DNA from: an uncultured bacterium | Lineage (GTDB): Bacteria > Patescibacteriota > Patescibacteriia > Magasanikbacterales > GWA2-37-8 | Assembly: GCA_937903605.1 (NCBI GenBank) | Contig: CALCZC010000025.1 | Span: 3,275-67,274, forward strand | Direction of reading: 5' to 3' | Length of the DNA: 64,000 nucleotides | In this document: piece after piece, positions 51,791 through 60,981 of the stretch | Numbering within the stretch: the first letter of the stretch is position 1 | Layout: every line of letters begins with the position of its first letter | Notes under the pieces: model-generated | What the model saw: only the letters and a program-made list of their open reading frames with translations | Told to the model about the DNA's origin: nothing | Databases searched by the model: none | Program-made: the position numbers and the translations under genes

Positions 51791-53553
51791 ATATCTTCTA
51801 TAGTCAATTGTAATTCCCGGTTTCCATTCCACTGGTTCACGCCGATGCGGAAGACCATATCTATTTTATCTCCGGGTTTTAAGACTTCTTTCCAATTGAG
51901 TGGATGTTTATTGCAATCACCTAGTCCAAAGCCGATAGTTTTTTTGATGAGATGTGAATTGTGTTTGACCATCAAGCGAAGATGTTTGCCATCATTGCCA
52001 ACCGGCACGACAGATGAAACAGTTAAATTGCGTGCTAGATATTTTGGCTCTTCGTTGCCCACACCAAACGGTTCAAATTTTTGTAATAAATCATAGAGGT
52101 TCCAATTTACTTCATCCAAATCAACTTCCGCATCAATAGTGATTTGTGGAACGAGTTCTACATTTTTTAATTTAGCTTCCGCATATTTAAAAAATCTTTC
52201 TTTAAATTCAGTCAAAGCTTTTTTATCTTTCAAAGTAAAACCGCAAGCTTGAGGATGTCCGCCGAATTTTTCAAACAAGTCAGCGTTGTCTTGTAGAGAT
52301 TTGATAAGGTTAAATTCGGGAATGCTACGGCCAGAACCGGTGATTTCTTCGTCTGTAATTCCCATGACCAAAGCCGGTTTATAAAATTGTTCACGAACTT
52401 TACCGGACACTAAACCCAAAATTCCGGTCGGCCAGTTTTCTTTAGCAATGATTAGTATGTGTTTATCTTCTTGTTTTTCTTCTTTTACTTGCTTGAGAGC
52501 CTCGTTGACTATTTTTTCTGTGAGCTTTTGACGATCAATATTATTTTTGTTGAGCTGAAGAGCCAGGGTGTCAGCTTCAATTTCATCGGTTGTCGAAAGC
52601 AGGGCAAATGCGCTATTGGCATGATCCATGCGTCCGGCAGCATTGAGGCGGGGGACTATCTGGTAGGAAATATTTTCTGAACTTAATCCTGAAATATTTT
52701 TTAATTTATCATTGTCATCCAAAAGTCCGGCGTATTTGAAAAGTTTTTTCAAGCCAAAATTTTTTGTTTTGTTTAAGACAGTCAAACCATAGCGAGTGAG
52801 AGTACGACTTTCGCCCAAAAGCGGAACCATATCGCCAATACTCGCAATAGCCACCAAGTCAAGCATCCATTTTTCATATGCTTCATGAGTCTGACCGTCA
52901 GGTAAAAGTTCATTGGTTTTTTTATGTTCTTTGAGCAATCCTTGTGCCAATTTAAAAGCCACAGCCGCGCCACAAAGGCCTTTATCAGGATATGGCTCGT
53001 TTGGCATCAAATGATGGATAATAGCGTCAGCCGGAGGAATATTTTCCGGGACTACATGGTGGTCGGTAATAACCACCTGCATGTTATAATTTTTTACCAA
53101 CTCTATTTCTTTGAAATTACTTACTCCGCAATCACAGGTGATAATCAAATCAATTTTTTGTTCTTTAAAATATTCTACGGTATTTTCGTTTAGCCCGTAA
53201 CCATCAATTTCACGGTGAGGGATAAAGACATTGATGTTTTTTCCGCCGAGTTTTTTTAAAGTATTTATGAGAATCGTGGCAGCGCAAACTCCATCTGCAT
53301 CATAATCTCCATGAACAACGATGTTTTTATTTTGCGCGATAGCGTTTAGGATAATTTTGACCGCTTTGGCCATTTGTGAAAATAAAAAAGGATCATGGAT
53401 ATCCATCCCATAATCAGGGTTCAAAAATTCATCAATTAGTTTTTGGTCGCGTAAATTTCTATTCCAAAGCAAAGTACTGACAATGCCGGGAAGCTCCGGA
53501 TGAGAAGATAGAAATTCTGCTGGCGCCGAAGGTAAAACTACCCACTTTTTCAT
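51772..53553 (-). CDS. recJ: single-stranded-DNA-specific exonuclease RecJ
   Basis: DHH motifs (VVHGDYDADGVCA, VITDHHV), DHHA1 (GGHPQACGF) and a C-terminal OB-like region. The preferred start is MKKWVV (53553); the ORF-track start is 53580. Confidence 0.85.
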   Translation of the reverse strand: MKKWVVLPSAPAEFLSSHPELPGIVSTLLWNRNLRDQKLIDEFLNPDYGMDIHDPFLFSQMAKAVKIILNAIAQNKNIVVHGDYDADGVCAATILINTLKKLGGKNINVFIPHREIDGYGLNENTVEYFKEQKIDLIITCDCGVSNFKEIELVKNYNMQVVITDHHVVPENIPPADAIIHHLMPNEPYPDKGLCGAAVAFKLAQGLLKEHKKTNELLPDGQTHEAYEKWMLDLVAIASIGDMVPLLGESRTLTRYGLTVLNKTKNFGLKKLFKYAGLLDDNDKLKNISGLSSENISYQIVPRLNAAGRMDHANSAFALLSTTDEIEADTLALQLNKNNIDRQKLTEKIVNEALKQVKEEKQEDKHILIIAKENWPTGILGLVSGKVREQFYKPALVMGITDEEITGSGRSIPEFNLIKSLQDNADLFEKFGGHPQACGFTLKDKKALTEFKERFFKYAEAKLKNVELVPQITIDAEVDLDEVNWNLYDLLQKFEPFGVGNEEPKYLARNLTVSSVVPVGNDGKHLRLMVKHNSHLIKKTIGFGLGDCNKHPLNWKEVLKPGDKIDMVFRIGVNQWNGNRELQLTIEDIKKSGD

Positions 53554-53560
53554 AATAATT

Positions 53561-53656
53561 TTAATAGAATATTGGCGCAATAGTAAAAAGCAACATGGCC
53601 AAAATTCCCAAGAGGGAAATGATTATCCAAATTGATTTTGCTGTTTTGTGTTTCAT
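53561..53656 (-). CDS. tiny hydrophobic ORF (31 aa)
   Basis: MKHKTAKSIWIIISLLGILAMLLFTIAPIFY, between lepA and recJ. It is speculative; it may not be expressed. Confidence 0.15.
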   Translation of the reverse strand: MKHKTAKSIWIIISLLGILAMLLFTIAPIFY

Positions 53657-53724
53657 ATAAATAAAATTACAAGATTTAAAGATTACAAGATTGCAAGATT
53701 TAATTTAAAATTGATAATTTAAAA

Positions 53725-53765
53725 TTAATTAAAAATTGCAAAATTAAAAATTAAAAATTTTTGAA
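53725..53765. repeat. 41-nt AT-rich intergenic repeat, copy A
   Basis: aattaattaaaaattgCaaaattaaaaattaaaaatttttg. It matches 58052-58092 at 40 of 41 positions; a partial third copy lies at 961-990. Confidence 0.6.
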
Positions 53766-53769
53766 AAGC

Positions 53770-55578
53770 TTATCTTTTTAAAACTTCCAGGTATGTCTCT
53801 GTTGGTATATCCACCTTCCCGTGCGCAACCATACGCTTCTTACCTTTTTTTTGTTTTTGTAAAAGTTTTAATTTTCTGGTGTAATCACCGCCACTCATAG
53901 TTTCAATAACATCTTTACGTAGAGCTGACAGTCTTTCCGAAGCGATCACTTTTCCGCCAACTGCGGCCTGTATTTTTACTTCAAAATGTTGACGGGGTAA
54001 AGATTCTTTGAGAGATTCGGTGATTTTTTTACCTACTTTATAAGCATCTTCTTTCCAAACCAGAGTTGATAAAGATTCTACTGGATCTTCAGCAATAAGA
54101 ATATCCAATTTTATTACTTCTGTCTCTTCATAATCCAAATATTCATAATTCATAGAGGCATATCCGGAAGTAACCGTCTTCAGTTTATCATAAAAATCGG
54201 TGATAAGAGATGCCAGTGGAACTTCATAATGAAGCATGGCTCGTTGGTCAACTCCGGTACTCAAATATTCGGTAGTAATATATCTACCTTTACGTTCTGA
54301 AATTAGACCCATTACATTACCAACGTAATCTTTTGGGGTGATTATATCTAGTTTCATCCAAGGCTCAGAAATAGATTTTAGATGACTGGGGTCAGGCATT
54401 TCTTGAGGAGAATGAATGGTAAGTTCTTGACCGTTATTTTTGATAATTTTATAAGCAACACTTGGAACGGTAATAATAATTTCAATTTCATATTCACGTT
54501 TCAAACGTTCTTGAAAAATATCCAAATGAAGCATTCCTAAGAATCCGCAACGAAAACCAAAACCGAGAGCTTGAGAATGCTCCGGTTCGAAAAACAAAGC
54601 GGAATCGCTAAGCTTTAATTTTTCTATGGCATCACGCAGAGATTGATATTCATCACCTTCTTTAGGAAAAATCCCGGCAAAGACCATAGGCTTAACCTCT
54701 TTGTAACCGGGCAGAGGCGATAGATTTTTGTTTTTTTCAATTATTTCTTTGGTAGTAATAGTATCACCGACTCTACAATCACGAACTTCCTTCAACCCCG
54801 TGACGACATAACCGATTTCACCATTTCCGATTTTTTCATTACTTATAAATTTGGGTGTGTAGTAACCCACGTCCAGAGTATCGGCCGGAGTTTGGGTACC
54901 CATCAAATAAATTTTGTCACCTTTTTTTATTTCTCCATCTACCATCCGAACCGAAGCCACTACTCCTTTGTATTCATTATAAGTAGAATCAAAAATCATG
55001 GCTCGAGGAGGCAGTTCAGAAGTGTCATTTGGTGGCGGTACTTTTTCTATAATTCTTTTTAAAATTTCTTCTACACCGACACCGGTTTTTCCGGAAGCTA
55101 GGATAATATCATTTTCAGCACAGCCTATCAAATGTATTATTTCCGCTTTAGTTTTTTCGATATTAGCCATGGGCATATCTATTTTATTTATCACCGGAAT
55201 AATGGTTAGATTTTGTTCCAATGATAAATAGAGATTGCCAATGGTTTGCGCTTGAACTCCTTGAGTTGCGTCCACCAATAAAATAGCGCCTTCTACTGCG
55301 GCCAATGAACGGGAAACTTCATAAGTGAAATCTACATGTCCCGGAGTATCGATAAGATTGAGAATATAATCTTGATTTTCAAAACGATATTTCATCCTCA
55401 CAGGAGTAAGTTTGATAGTTATTCCGCGTTCGCGTTCAAGTTCCATGGAATCCAGGAGTTGAGCCTTCATCTCTCTTTTTTGTACCGTATGAGTAAATTC
55501 CAAAAAACGATCTGCCAGCGTGCTTTTGCCGTGATCAATATGAGCGATAATACAAAAATTACGAATGTTTTTTTTCAT
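53770..55578 (-). CDS. lepA: elongation factor 4 (LepA)
   Basis: NFCIIAHIDHGKSTLADR…DTPGHVDF…NKID… and the LepA-specific C-terminal domain. Confidence 0.95.
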   Translation of the reverse strand: MKKNIRNFCIIAHIDHGKSTLADRFLEFTHTVQKREMKAQLLDSMELERERGITIKLTPVRMKYRFENQDYILNLIDTPGHVDFTYEVSRSLAAVEGAILLVDATQGVQAQTIGNLYLSLEQNLTIIPVINKIDMPMANIEKTKAEIIHLIGCAENDIILASGKTGVGVEEILKRIIEKVPPPNDTSELPPRAMIFDSTYNEYKGVVASVRMVDGEIKKGDKIYLMGTQTPADTLDVGYYTPKFISNEKIGNGEIGYVVTGLKEVRDCRVGDTITTKEIIEKNKNLSPLPGYKEVKPMVFAGIFPKEGDEYQSLRDAIEKLKLSDSALFFEPEHSQALGFGFRCGFLGMLHLDIFQERLKREYEIEIIITVPSVAYKIIKNNGQELTIHSPQEMPDPSHLKSISEPWMKLDIITPKDYVGNVMGLISERKGRYITTEYLSTGVDQRAMLHYEVPLASLITDFYDKLKTVTSGYASMNYEYLDYEETEVIKLDILIAEDPVESLSTLVWKEDAYKVGKKITESLKESLPRQHFEVKIQAAVGGKVIASERLSALRKDVIETMSGGDYTRKLKLLQKQKKGKKRMVAHGKVDIPTETYLEVLKR

Positions 55579-55580
55579 AA

Positions 55581-57212
55581 CTATTCATTGGGTTTGATGA
55601 TTTCTTCATTGGGTAAATTACGGATTTTGAGCCACTGTCTCTTGAGAGTGGAGAAAAGATAGAAAAGTTCCGGTAGTCTTAGAAGATAGCACATAAATAG
55701 GTAAGAAATCAAGCCGATGGTAGAACAAAGAATTGTTTGCAAAAAGACACCGTAAAATTTAGTTTGGTCAAAAATATTTTCGAAAATACCGATGAAATAA
55801 TAAATAATAGTGTAAGTTAAAAAACTGGAGCCGACAATTTTTAATAAAAAGATAAATAACCCGGATAAACCGAATTTTTTTAGTCGTAAACGTAAAAAAA
55901 TAAATAATAATAACATGTTTAGAGTTGCGCCTGTTGAGGCGGCTATTGCCAAACCATAAACACCTAATCTTCTCATGAGGAAAATAGCAACGCCGATAGT
56001 AATGATTTCGGCAAAAATTCCAATCAGAAAAGGTGTTTTGGTATTAGCTAGCGAATAAAAAGTGCGAGCTAAAAGAGGAATGAGACTTTGAGCTAACATA
56101 CCAAGAGAAAAATAGGCCAAAGTTTGTGCGGTCAAGATGGTGGCGTGCCAATCAAAAGAACCGCTACCCAAGATCAAACGAACAATTTGTAGATTTAAAG
56201 TTAAAAATATTATTAAAAGGGGAGTGATCAAAAAAATGATTTGTTTGGCAGTAGCCAGATATTGTTTGGTAAAAGATTCAAGATTATTTTCAGCGGCCAG
56301 TTTTGATAAAACCGGAAAAACTGCCAAGGCAAAGGGTATACCAATAAGTCCTATGGGCACAGCCTGTAAATTGTTGGCCAAAGTATAAACAGCGAGACTA
56401 CCGGAAGGTAAAAAAGAAGCCAAAAAAGTTATGATTAATAAATCGATTTGGGATATTGCCAGCCCGGCAGTACGCGGTAACATCAATTTGCCTATCAATA
56501 AAGTATCCTTGTCTTTAAAATTTAATATTTTTTTAAAGCGAAAACCGGCTTGATAAGCTCCATAAAATTGAATGAGCATGTGAACAAAGGCACCAAATAC
56601 TACACCGAGAGCCAGGCCGGAAATACCGAAAATTTTGGTTAAATAAGCTGCGCCAAAAATAATTCCTAAATTATAAAATAAAGGTGCGACAGAAAAAAGA
56701 AAAAATCTTCTCAAGGATTGTAATATACCGCCAAAAACCATAGATAAACCAAACAACAAAGGCGATAAAAACATTATCCGCATCAATGTGATGGTCAACT
56801 CTTTGTTTTCAGGAGAAAATCCAGGTGCAATAAAGGGAACTAAAAAAGAAGTAAAAATTACTCCGACAAAACCAAGTGCTAGCATCAATAAAGTTATAAT
56901 ACTGATTACATTATTGGCTAATTCCCAGGCTTGATTTTTATCTGTTTCGTTTTGATAAAATAATTTGGTAAAAACAGGTATAAACCCGGCAGAAAGAGCT
57001 CCAACCACCAGCAAATTGTAAATCAGATCAGGGATTTTAAAAGCCGCGTAATAAGCATCTAAAACAGGGCCGGCTCCAAAATAATATGCCAGGACACGAT
57101 CTCGAAATAACCCGATGATACGAGAAAGTAAGGTGGCGCCAGATATTACCAAAGCCGAACCGGCAATGGTCTTAAATTCAGTATTTAAATTAAGAATGGT
57201 TTTTTTAATCAT
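55581..57212 (-). CDS. murJ: lipid II flippase MurJ (MviN)
   Basis: LLSRIIGLFRDRVLAYYFGAGPVLDAYYAAFKIPDLIYNLLVVGALSAGFIPVF; about 14 TM helices. Confidence 0.85.
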   Translation of the reverse strand: MIKKTILNLNTEFKTIAGSALVISGATLLSRIIGLFRDRVLAYYFGAGPVLDAYYAAFKIPDLIYNLLVVGALSAGFIPVFTKLFYQNETDKNQAWELANNVISIITLLMLALGFVGVIFTSFLVPFIAPGFSPENKELTITLMRIMFLSPLLFGLSMVFGGILQSLRRFFLFSVAPLFYNLGIIFGAAYLTKIFGISGLALGVVFGAFVHMLIQFYGAYQAGFRFKKILNFKDKDTLLIGKLMLPRTAGLAISQIDLLIITFLASFLPSGSLAVYTLANNLQAVPIGLIGIPFALAVFPVLSKLAAENNLESFTKQYLATAKQIIFLITPLLIIFLTLNLQIVRLILGSGSFDWHATILTAQTLAYFSLGMLAQSLIPLLARTFYSLANTKTPFLIGIFAEIITIGVAIFLMRRLGVYGLAIAASTGATLNMLLLFIFLRLRLKKFGLSGLFIFLLKIVGSSFLTYTIIYYFIGIFENIFDQTKFYGVFLQTILCSTIGLISYLFMCYLLRLPELFYLFSTLKRQWLKIRNLPNEEIIKPNE

Positions 57213-57217
57213 GTTTT

Positions 57218-57889
57218 TTATTTCTCCAAGGACGGCATATTTAGCATCAAAAAGGCGTAAGAAGTTTTATTTTTTTCATCAGTTGTGTTTTCCGTATAGA
57301 TAGTGCCTGTATAACCATCAGAACGGGAAAAATCAATTTTTCTATAATTTGTTCCTTCACCGGTGGCGTCTATGATAAAACCGCTACGCTGTAGTTCGTT
57401 TCGATAATAATTGATAAAAGTATTATAGCCGTTATCTACGTCTTTCCATTCGATTTTAAAATTATCTTTTTTATCCGTAATCGGAGTTATAAGAGTTTGA
57501 AAAAAGGTTTTAAAATTCACTTTTTCTTTTGTTTGGACAGAGGTTTCGTCGTTTCCAGATAAAAATGGAATCATCACTATTTTGGGAAGTAGAGCGGCCA
57601 ATTCTACACGACGACTTTTGTATTTACCGGAAATAAAAGTCATTTTATCTATTTTTTCTTTGTGATAAAGAGGTATTTCATCAAGAGGAAAATTTTGTGG
57701 AATGACAGTAACTGTTTTTGGCCCGATGCCGATATAAAATTTTATACCTATCAATAAGCCTAAAAGTATTAAAAAAATAAAACCACAGCTGAAAAAACAG
57801 GACTTCTTTAGGCCAGAAGATCCTTTGTTAAGCTCGATAATAGGTGGTTCTACGATTTTTACATCTTGAATTAGGTCTTTTCGTCGCAT
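57218..57889 (-). CDS. hypothetical membrane-anchored extracytoplasmic protein, co-oriented with murJ
   Basis: A single TM (FFSCGFIFLILLGLLIGIKFYIGI) and a 170-aa soluble domain; 5 nt upstream of the murJ start. Confidence 0.45.
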   Translation of the reverse strand: MRRKDLIQDVKIVEPPIIELNKGSSGLKKSCFFSCGFIFLILLGLLIGIKFYIGIGPKTVTVIPQNFPLDEIPLYHKEKIDKMTFISGKYKSRRVELAALLPKIVMIPFLSGNDETSVQTKEKVNFKTFFQTLITPITDKKDNFKIEWKDVDNGYNTFINYYRNELQRSGFIIDATGEGTNYRKIDFSRSDGYTGTIYTENTTDEKNKTSYAFLMLNMPSLEK

Positions 57890-57968
57890 ATTTAGCTTTA
57901 AATTGTTATCAACAGTTTACCAAATAATTCAGGTTTTGTATAGTTTTTAAATATGATACAATAAGTTC

Positions 57969-58035
57969 GTAAAGTTTATAAAGTTTGTAAAGTTAAATAG
58001 GATACGAAATACGAAAATATACGAAATTACGAAAT
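57969..58035. repeat. tandem microrepeats (TAAAGTTYN three copies, then ACGAAAT four copies)
   Basis: cgtaaagttta taaagtttg taaagttaaa … atacgaaat acgaaaat atacgaaat tacgaaat, in a divergent intergenic region. Confidence 0.55.
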
Positions 58036-58051
58036 GAAGAATTGAAAATTA

Positions 58052-58092
58052 TAAATTAATTAAAAATTGTAAAATTAAAAATTAAAAATTTT
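58052..58092. repeat. 41-nt AT-rich intergenic repeat, copy B
   Basis: aattaattaaaaattgTaaaattaaaaattaaaaatttttg. It abuts the start codon of the downstream gene. Confidence 0.6.
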
Positions 58093-59474
58093 TGGTTATG
58101 AAAGTTTCTTTTCACGGCGCAGCGGGGGAGGTTACCGGTTCTTGCACCATGCTTGAAACCCAGGGACAAAAAATTTTGATAGACTGCGGTCTTTTCCAGG
58201 GTAGTGATTTTGCAGATGGTAAAAATTTTGAAGATTTTTCTTTTGATCCCAAAGAGATCAGCGCGGTGATTTTAACTCACACCCACCTTGATCATATCGG
58301 CCGATTACCCAAACTGATTAAAAACGGTTTTACCGGCCTTATTTATGCTACTCCGCCAACTGCGGATTTAGTTGGTTTAGTTTTAGAAGATGCTTATGAA
58401 ATCATGGAATATAACCACAAAAAGTTTGGTGCACCGCTTTTGTACGCTTTGGAGGATGTAAATGCCGTGACTGCTAGGATGAAAACATATCACTACGAAA
58501 ACAGTTTTAACCTGGGACGAGGTGGATTGTTTAATAAAAATAAGATCATCGTCACTTTCCATGAAGCTGGACATATTTTTGGTTCAGCGTTTGTAGAAAT
58601 AAAATCAGAAGGCAAAAAGCTGATTTTTTCCGGCGATATTGGTAATGTAAGTGTGCCGATTTTGAAAGATACGGCAGATTTGCCCGAGGATGTTGACTTT
58701 TTACTTTGTGAATCTACTTACGGCAATAGGTTACACCCAGCCGGTTTGGATAGAAAAATCGTTATTGAAAATAAGATTAAAGAAGCGATGAGTCGGGGCG
58801 GCACGCTTATGATCCCGGCTTTTTCCATTGAACGTACCCAAGAATTGCTTTATATTTTGAACAAACTGATTGACGTACAAAATAAATTTAAAAATATTCC
58901 TATATTTTTGGATAGTCCTTTGGCTATTCGCGCTACCAGAGTTTTTGAACATTATACGCAATATTATGACGAAGAGGCGGCTAAATATCTGAAAGCTGAT
59001 GAAAATATTTTTCATTTTTCCAACCTAACTATTTGTGAAAGTCGGGAAGATTCCAAAAAAATCAATGCCGTGCCCGGGAGTAAAATTATTATCGCCGGCG
59101 CCGGGATGATGAATGGTGGTCGTATTTTGCATCACGCGTTGCGTTATTTGACCGATGAACGCAGTACATTGATGTTTGTAGGTTTTCAGGCGCCGGGAAC
59201 TTTGGGTAGAAAAATTTTGATGGGCGAATCACCGGTTAAAATATTGGGCGAGAGATTACCGGTAAAGTGTAGATTGGACCATATTGATGTGTTGTCGGCT
59301 CACGCTGATCAAAAAAGACTTATTCATTGGATAGGGAGCGCTCGCACTTGGCCGAAAAAAATATTTTTAAATCACGGTGAGACCGAAGTAACCACCGCTT
59401 TTGCGCAGAAAATAAATGATGAATTTGGTATAGAGCCGGTTTTGGCCGCTCCATATACGGAGTATGAAATATAG
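58092..59474 (+). CDS. MBL-fold beta-CASP ribonuclease-like protein
   Basis: ILIDCGLFQG…ILTHTHLDHIGRLP…YATPPT…. Its length (~460 aa) and motif order fit RNA-metabolising beta-CASP MBLs. Confidence 0.65.
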   Translation: MVMKVSFHGAAGEVTGSCTMLETQGQKILIDCGLFQGSDFADGKNFEDFSFDPKEISAVILTHTHLDHIGRLPKLIKNGFTGLIYATPPTADLVGLVLEDAYEIMEYNHKKFGAPLLYALEDVNAVTARMKTYHYENSFNLGRGGLFNKNKIIVTFHEAGHIFGSAFVEIKSEGKKLIFSGDIGNVSVPILKDTADLPEDVDFLLCESTYGNRLHPAGLDRKIVIENKIKEAMSRGGTLMIPAFSIERTQELLYILNKLIDVQNKFKNIPIFLDSPLAIRATRVFEHYTQYYDEEAAKYLKADENIFHFSNLTICESREDSKKINAVPGSKIIIAGAGMMNGGRILHHALRYLTDERSTLMFVGFQAPGTLGRKILMGESPVKILGERLPVKCRLDHIDVLSAHADQKRLIHWIGSARTWPKKIFLNHGETEVTTAFAQKINDEFGIEPVLAAPYTEYEI

Positions 59475-59513
59475 TAAGTAAATTAGTAATAAATACTTAG
59501 CTTTAGTAGGGAA

Positions 59514-59549
59514 TCACGCTGAGCGTGACTAATCCGACGCTGAGCGTCG
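59514..59549. promoter_or_regulatory. two tandem 15-bp palindromes (candidate operator pair)
   Basis: tcacgc-tga-gcgtga (59514-59528) and cgacgc-tga-gcgtcg (59535-59549). They share the core ACGC-N3-GCGT, have centre-to-centre spacing of 21 bp, and end 2 bp before a -35 TTGACA. Confidence 0.35.
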
Positions 59550-59551
59550 GG

Positions 59552-59580
59552 TTGACAAAATAGGGAACTTTTGCTTAAAT
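59552..59580 (+). promoter_or_regulatory. sigma70 promoter TTGACA-17-TGCTTAAAT
   Basis: -35 at 59552-59557 and TG-extended -10 ttaaat at 59575-59580; RBS aaggagg before the ATG at 59627. Confidence 0.5.
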
Positions 59581-59626
59581 CAAGGTAGAAGTTCTTTTTA
59601 TTTTACTTCTTTAGAAGGAGGTTATT

Positions 59627-60256
59627 ATGGCTTTAACAAAGCATGTAGTCGATTTTGTTCTGAAACATCTGGAACAAAGAAATTATTTGGTAAAATTTCT
59701 GTCTCCGCTTATCAAGGACTCAGTCATTTTGCCGGAAGAAGAAAACGATGACGGGACTAGCTTCTTTGCAGCTTTTGTATCAATCGGAAATCTCGTTTTT
59801 TTGACAGAAGCCTATTCCAAGCTCAATCCTGTTAAGCGCAAAGACGTGCTTAACAAAGTGGACAGAACCGGAGCGTCAGTGCTCGACAGGGCCTATCTCT
59901 TGTCGGTTGATGAAGCCGATCGGGAGAAAATCATCCAGTTTCTGCAAAGCCAGGGTGCGGAAATTATCGGGTACAAAGCTCTGAACCATTTTATCGAAAG
60001 AGGAAATCTCGCAATAGTGGAAACACTCTGTCGACATTGTACGGACTTTTCTGCTTGTAATAAGTCGGGCAAAACCCTTTTGATGTTGGCGGCAAAAACC
60101 GGACAGATGGAAATCGTTCGTTATTTGGTGGAAGAGTTAGCTGTTAATCCGAGAGAAAAGAACAAAGAAGGAGAGACAGCTGTTGATTTTGCTCAAACTA
60201 TGGAACACAAGGAAGTATACGAATATCTGAAGAAGAAAATTTCAGATACCCTCTGA
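59627..60256 (+). CDS. ankyrin-repeat protein
   Basis: Three or four ANK repeats (…GKTLLMLAAKTGQMEIVRYLVEELAVNPREKNKEGETAVDFA…). Local GC (~44%) is higher than in neighbouring genes. Confidence 0.7.
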   Translation: MALTKHVVDFVLKHLEQRNYLVKFLSPLIKDSVILPEEENDDGTSFFAAFVSIGNLVFLTEAYSKLNPVKRKDVLNKVDRTGASVLDRAYLLSVDEADREKIIQFLQSQGAEIIGYKALNHFIERGNLAIVETLCRHCTDFSACNKSGKTLLMLAAKTGQMEIVRYLVEELAVNPREKNKEGETAVDFAQTMEHKEVYEYLKKKISDTL

Positions 60257-60261
60257 AAGGG

Positions 60262-60295
60262 TCAAGGATCGCCATCAAGCGGTCCTTTTTTATTT
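60262..60295 (+). terminator. Rho-independent terminator
   Basis: aaggatcgcc-atcaa-gcggtcc followed by ttttttatttttt (one mismatch in the stem). Confidence 0.55.
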
Positions 60296-60454
60296 TTTAA
60301 TATTTAATAATTTTAAATATTAAATCTTATAGGTATATTTAAGTCGGTAAATAAGTTTAAGTGGGGGGAATAAGTTATCCACAAGCAGTTGTTTATCTTA
60401 ATTTTTTTATCTAAAATTAGCCAAAATATAGGCTGATTTTTTGTTTCCAATCAT

Positions 60455-60510
60455 TTGACGTTATTTTTAAAGTGGTGTAAAATGGAAACAAGTGGGGAAA
60501 AGTGGAAAAT
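60455..60510 (+). promoter_or_regulatory. mraZ promoter with phased GTGG[GTA] direct repeats (candidate MraZ operator)
   Basis: -35 ttgacg at 60455-60460 and TG-extended taaaat at 60476-60483. Repeats GTGGT (60472), TGGAA (60483), GTGGG (60492) and GTGGA (60502) fall at ~10-bp spacing, like the MraZ-box arrays in other bacteria. Confidence 0.35.
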
Positions 60511-60548
60511 TGAAAAAACATGCTTGTCTTTTTCAATAACATTTTTTT

Positions 60549-60980
60549 ATGTTTATCGGTGAATATTCTCATAATTTAGATGATAAGTTTCGCTTGGCCA
60601 TTCCGGTCAAATTTCGACGCGAACTTGAGGAGGGGGCGGTTATTACCAAAGGTTTGGATAACTGTTTGTTTTTGTATACCAAAAACGAATGGAACAAACT
60701 GGCGGAAAAATTGGCAACATTACCATTTTCTCAAGCCAATAGCCGCGCGTTCGCTCGACATATGTTATCCGGAGCTGTTGAAGCGGAAATAGATAAACAA
60801 GGTCGTGTTGTTATCCCTGAATACTTGAGAAGTTTCGCCGGCTTGAAAAAAAGTTTGATTATTGCCGGCTTATATAGTCGAGTGGAAATCTGGGATGCAG
60901 AGTCTTGGAATGTTTATAAAACCAAAACTGAAAAAGATAGTAATGAGATTGCTGAAAACATCAGCGATCTAGGAGTTTAA
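60549..60980 (+). CDS. mraZ: transcriptional regulator MraZ
   Basis: MFIGEYSHNLDDKFRLAIPVKFRREL… has two DXXXR/SpoVT-AbrB-like halves; it is the first gene of the dcw cluster. Confidence 0.9.
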   Translation: MFIGEYSHNLDDKFRLAIPVKFRRELEEGAVITKGLDNCLFLYTKNEWNKLAEKLATLPFSQANSRAFARHMLSGAVEAEIDKQGRVVIPEYLRSFAGLKKSLIIAGLYSRVEIWDAESWNVYKTKTEKDSNEIAENISDLGV

Positions 60981-60981
60981 T

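Noticed and set aside
53561-53656. 31-aa hydrophobic mini-ORF between lepA and recJ as a real gene.
   Set aside because: It is kept only as a very low-confidence feature. It has no RBS or conservation evidence, and it overlaps the AT-rich repeat region.
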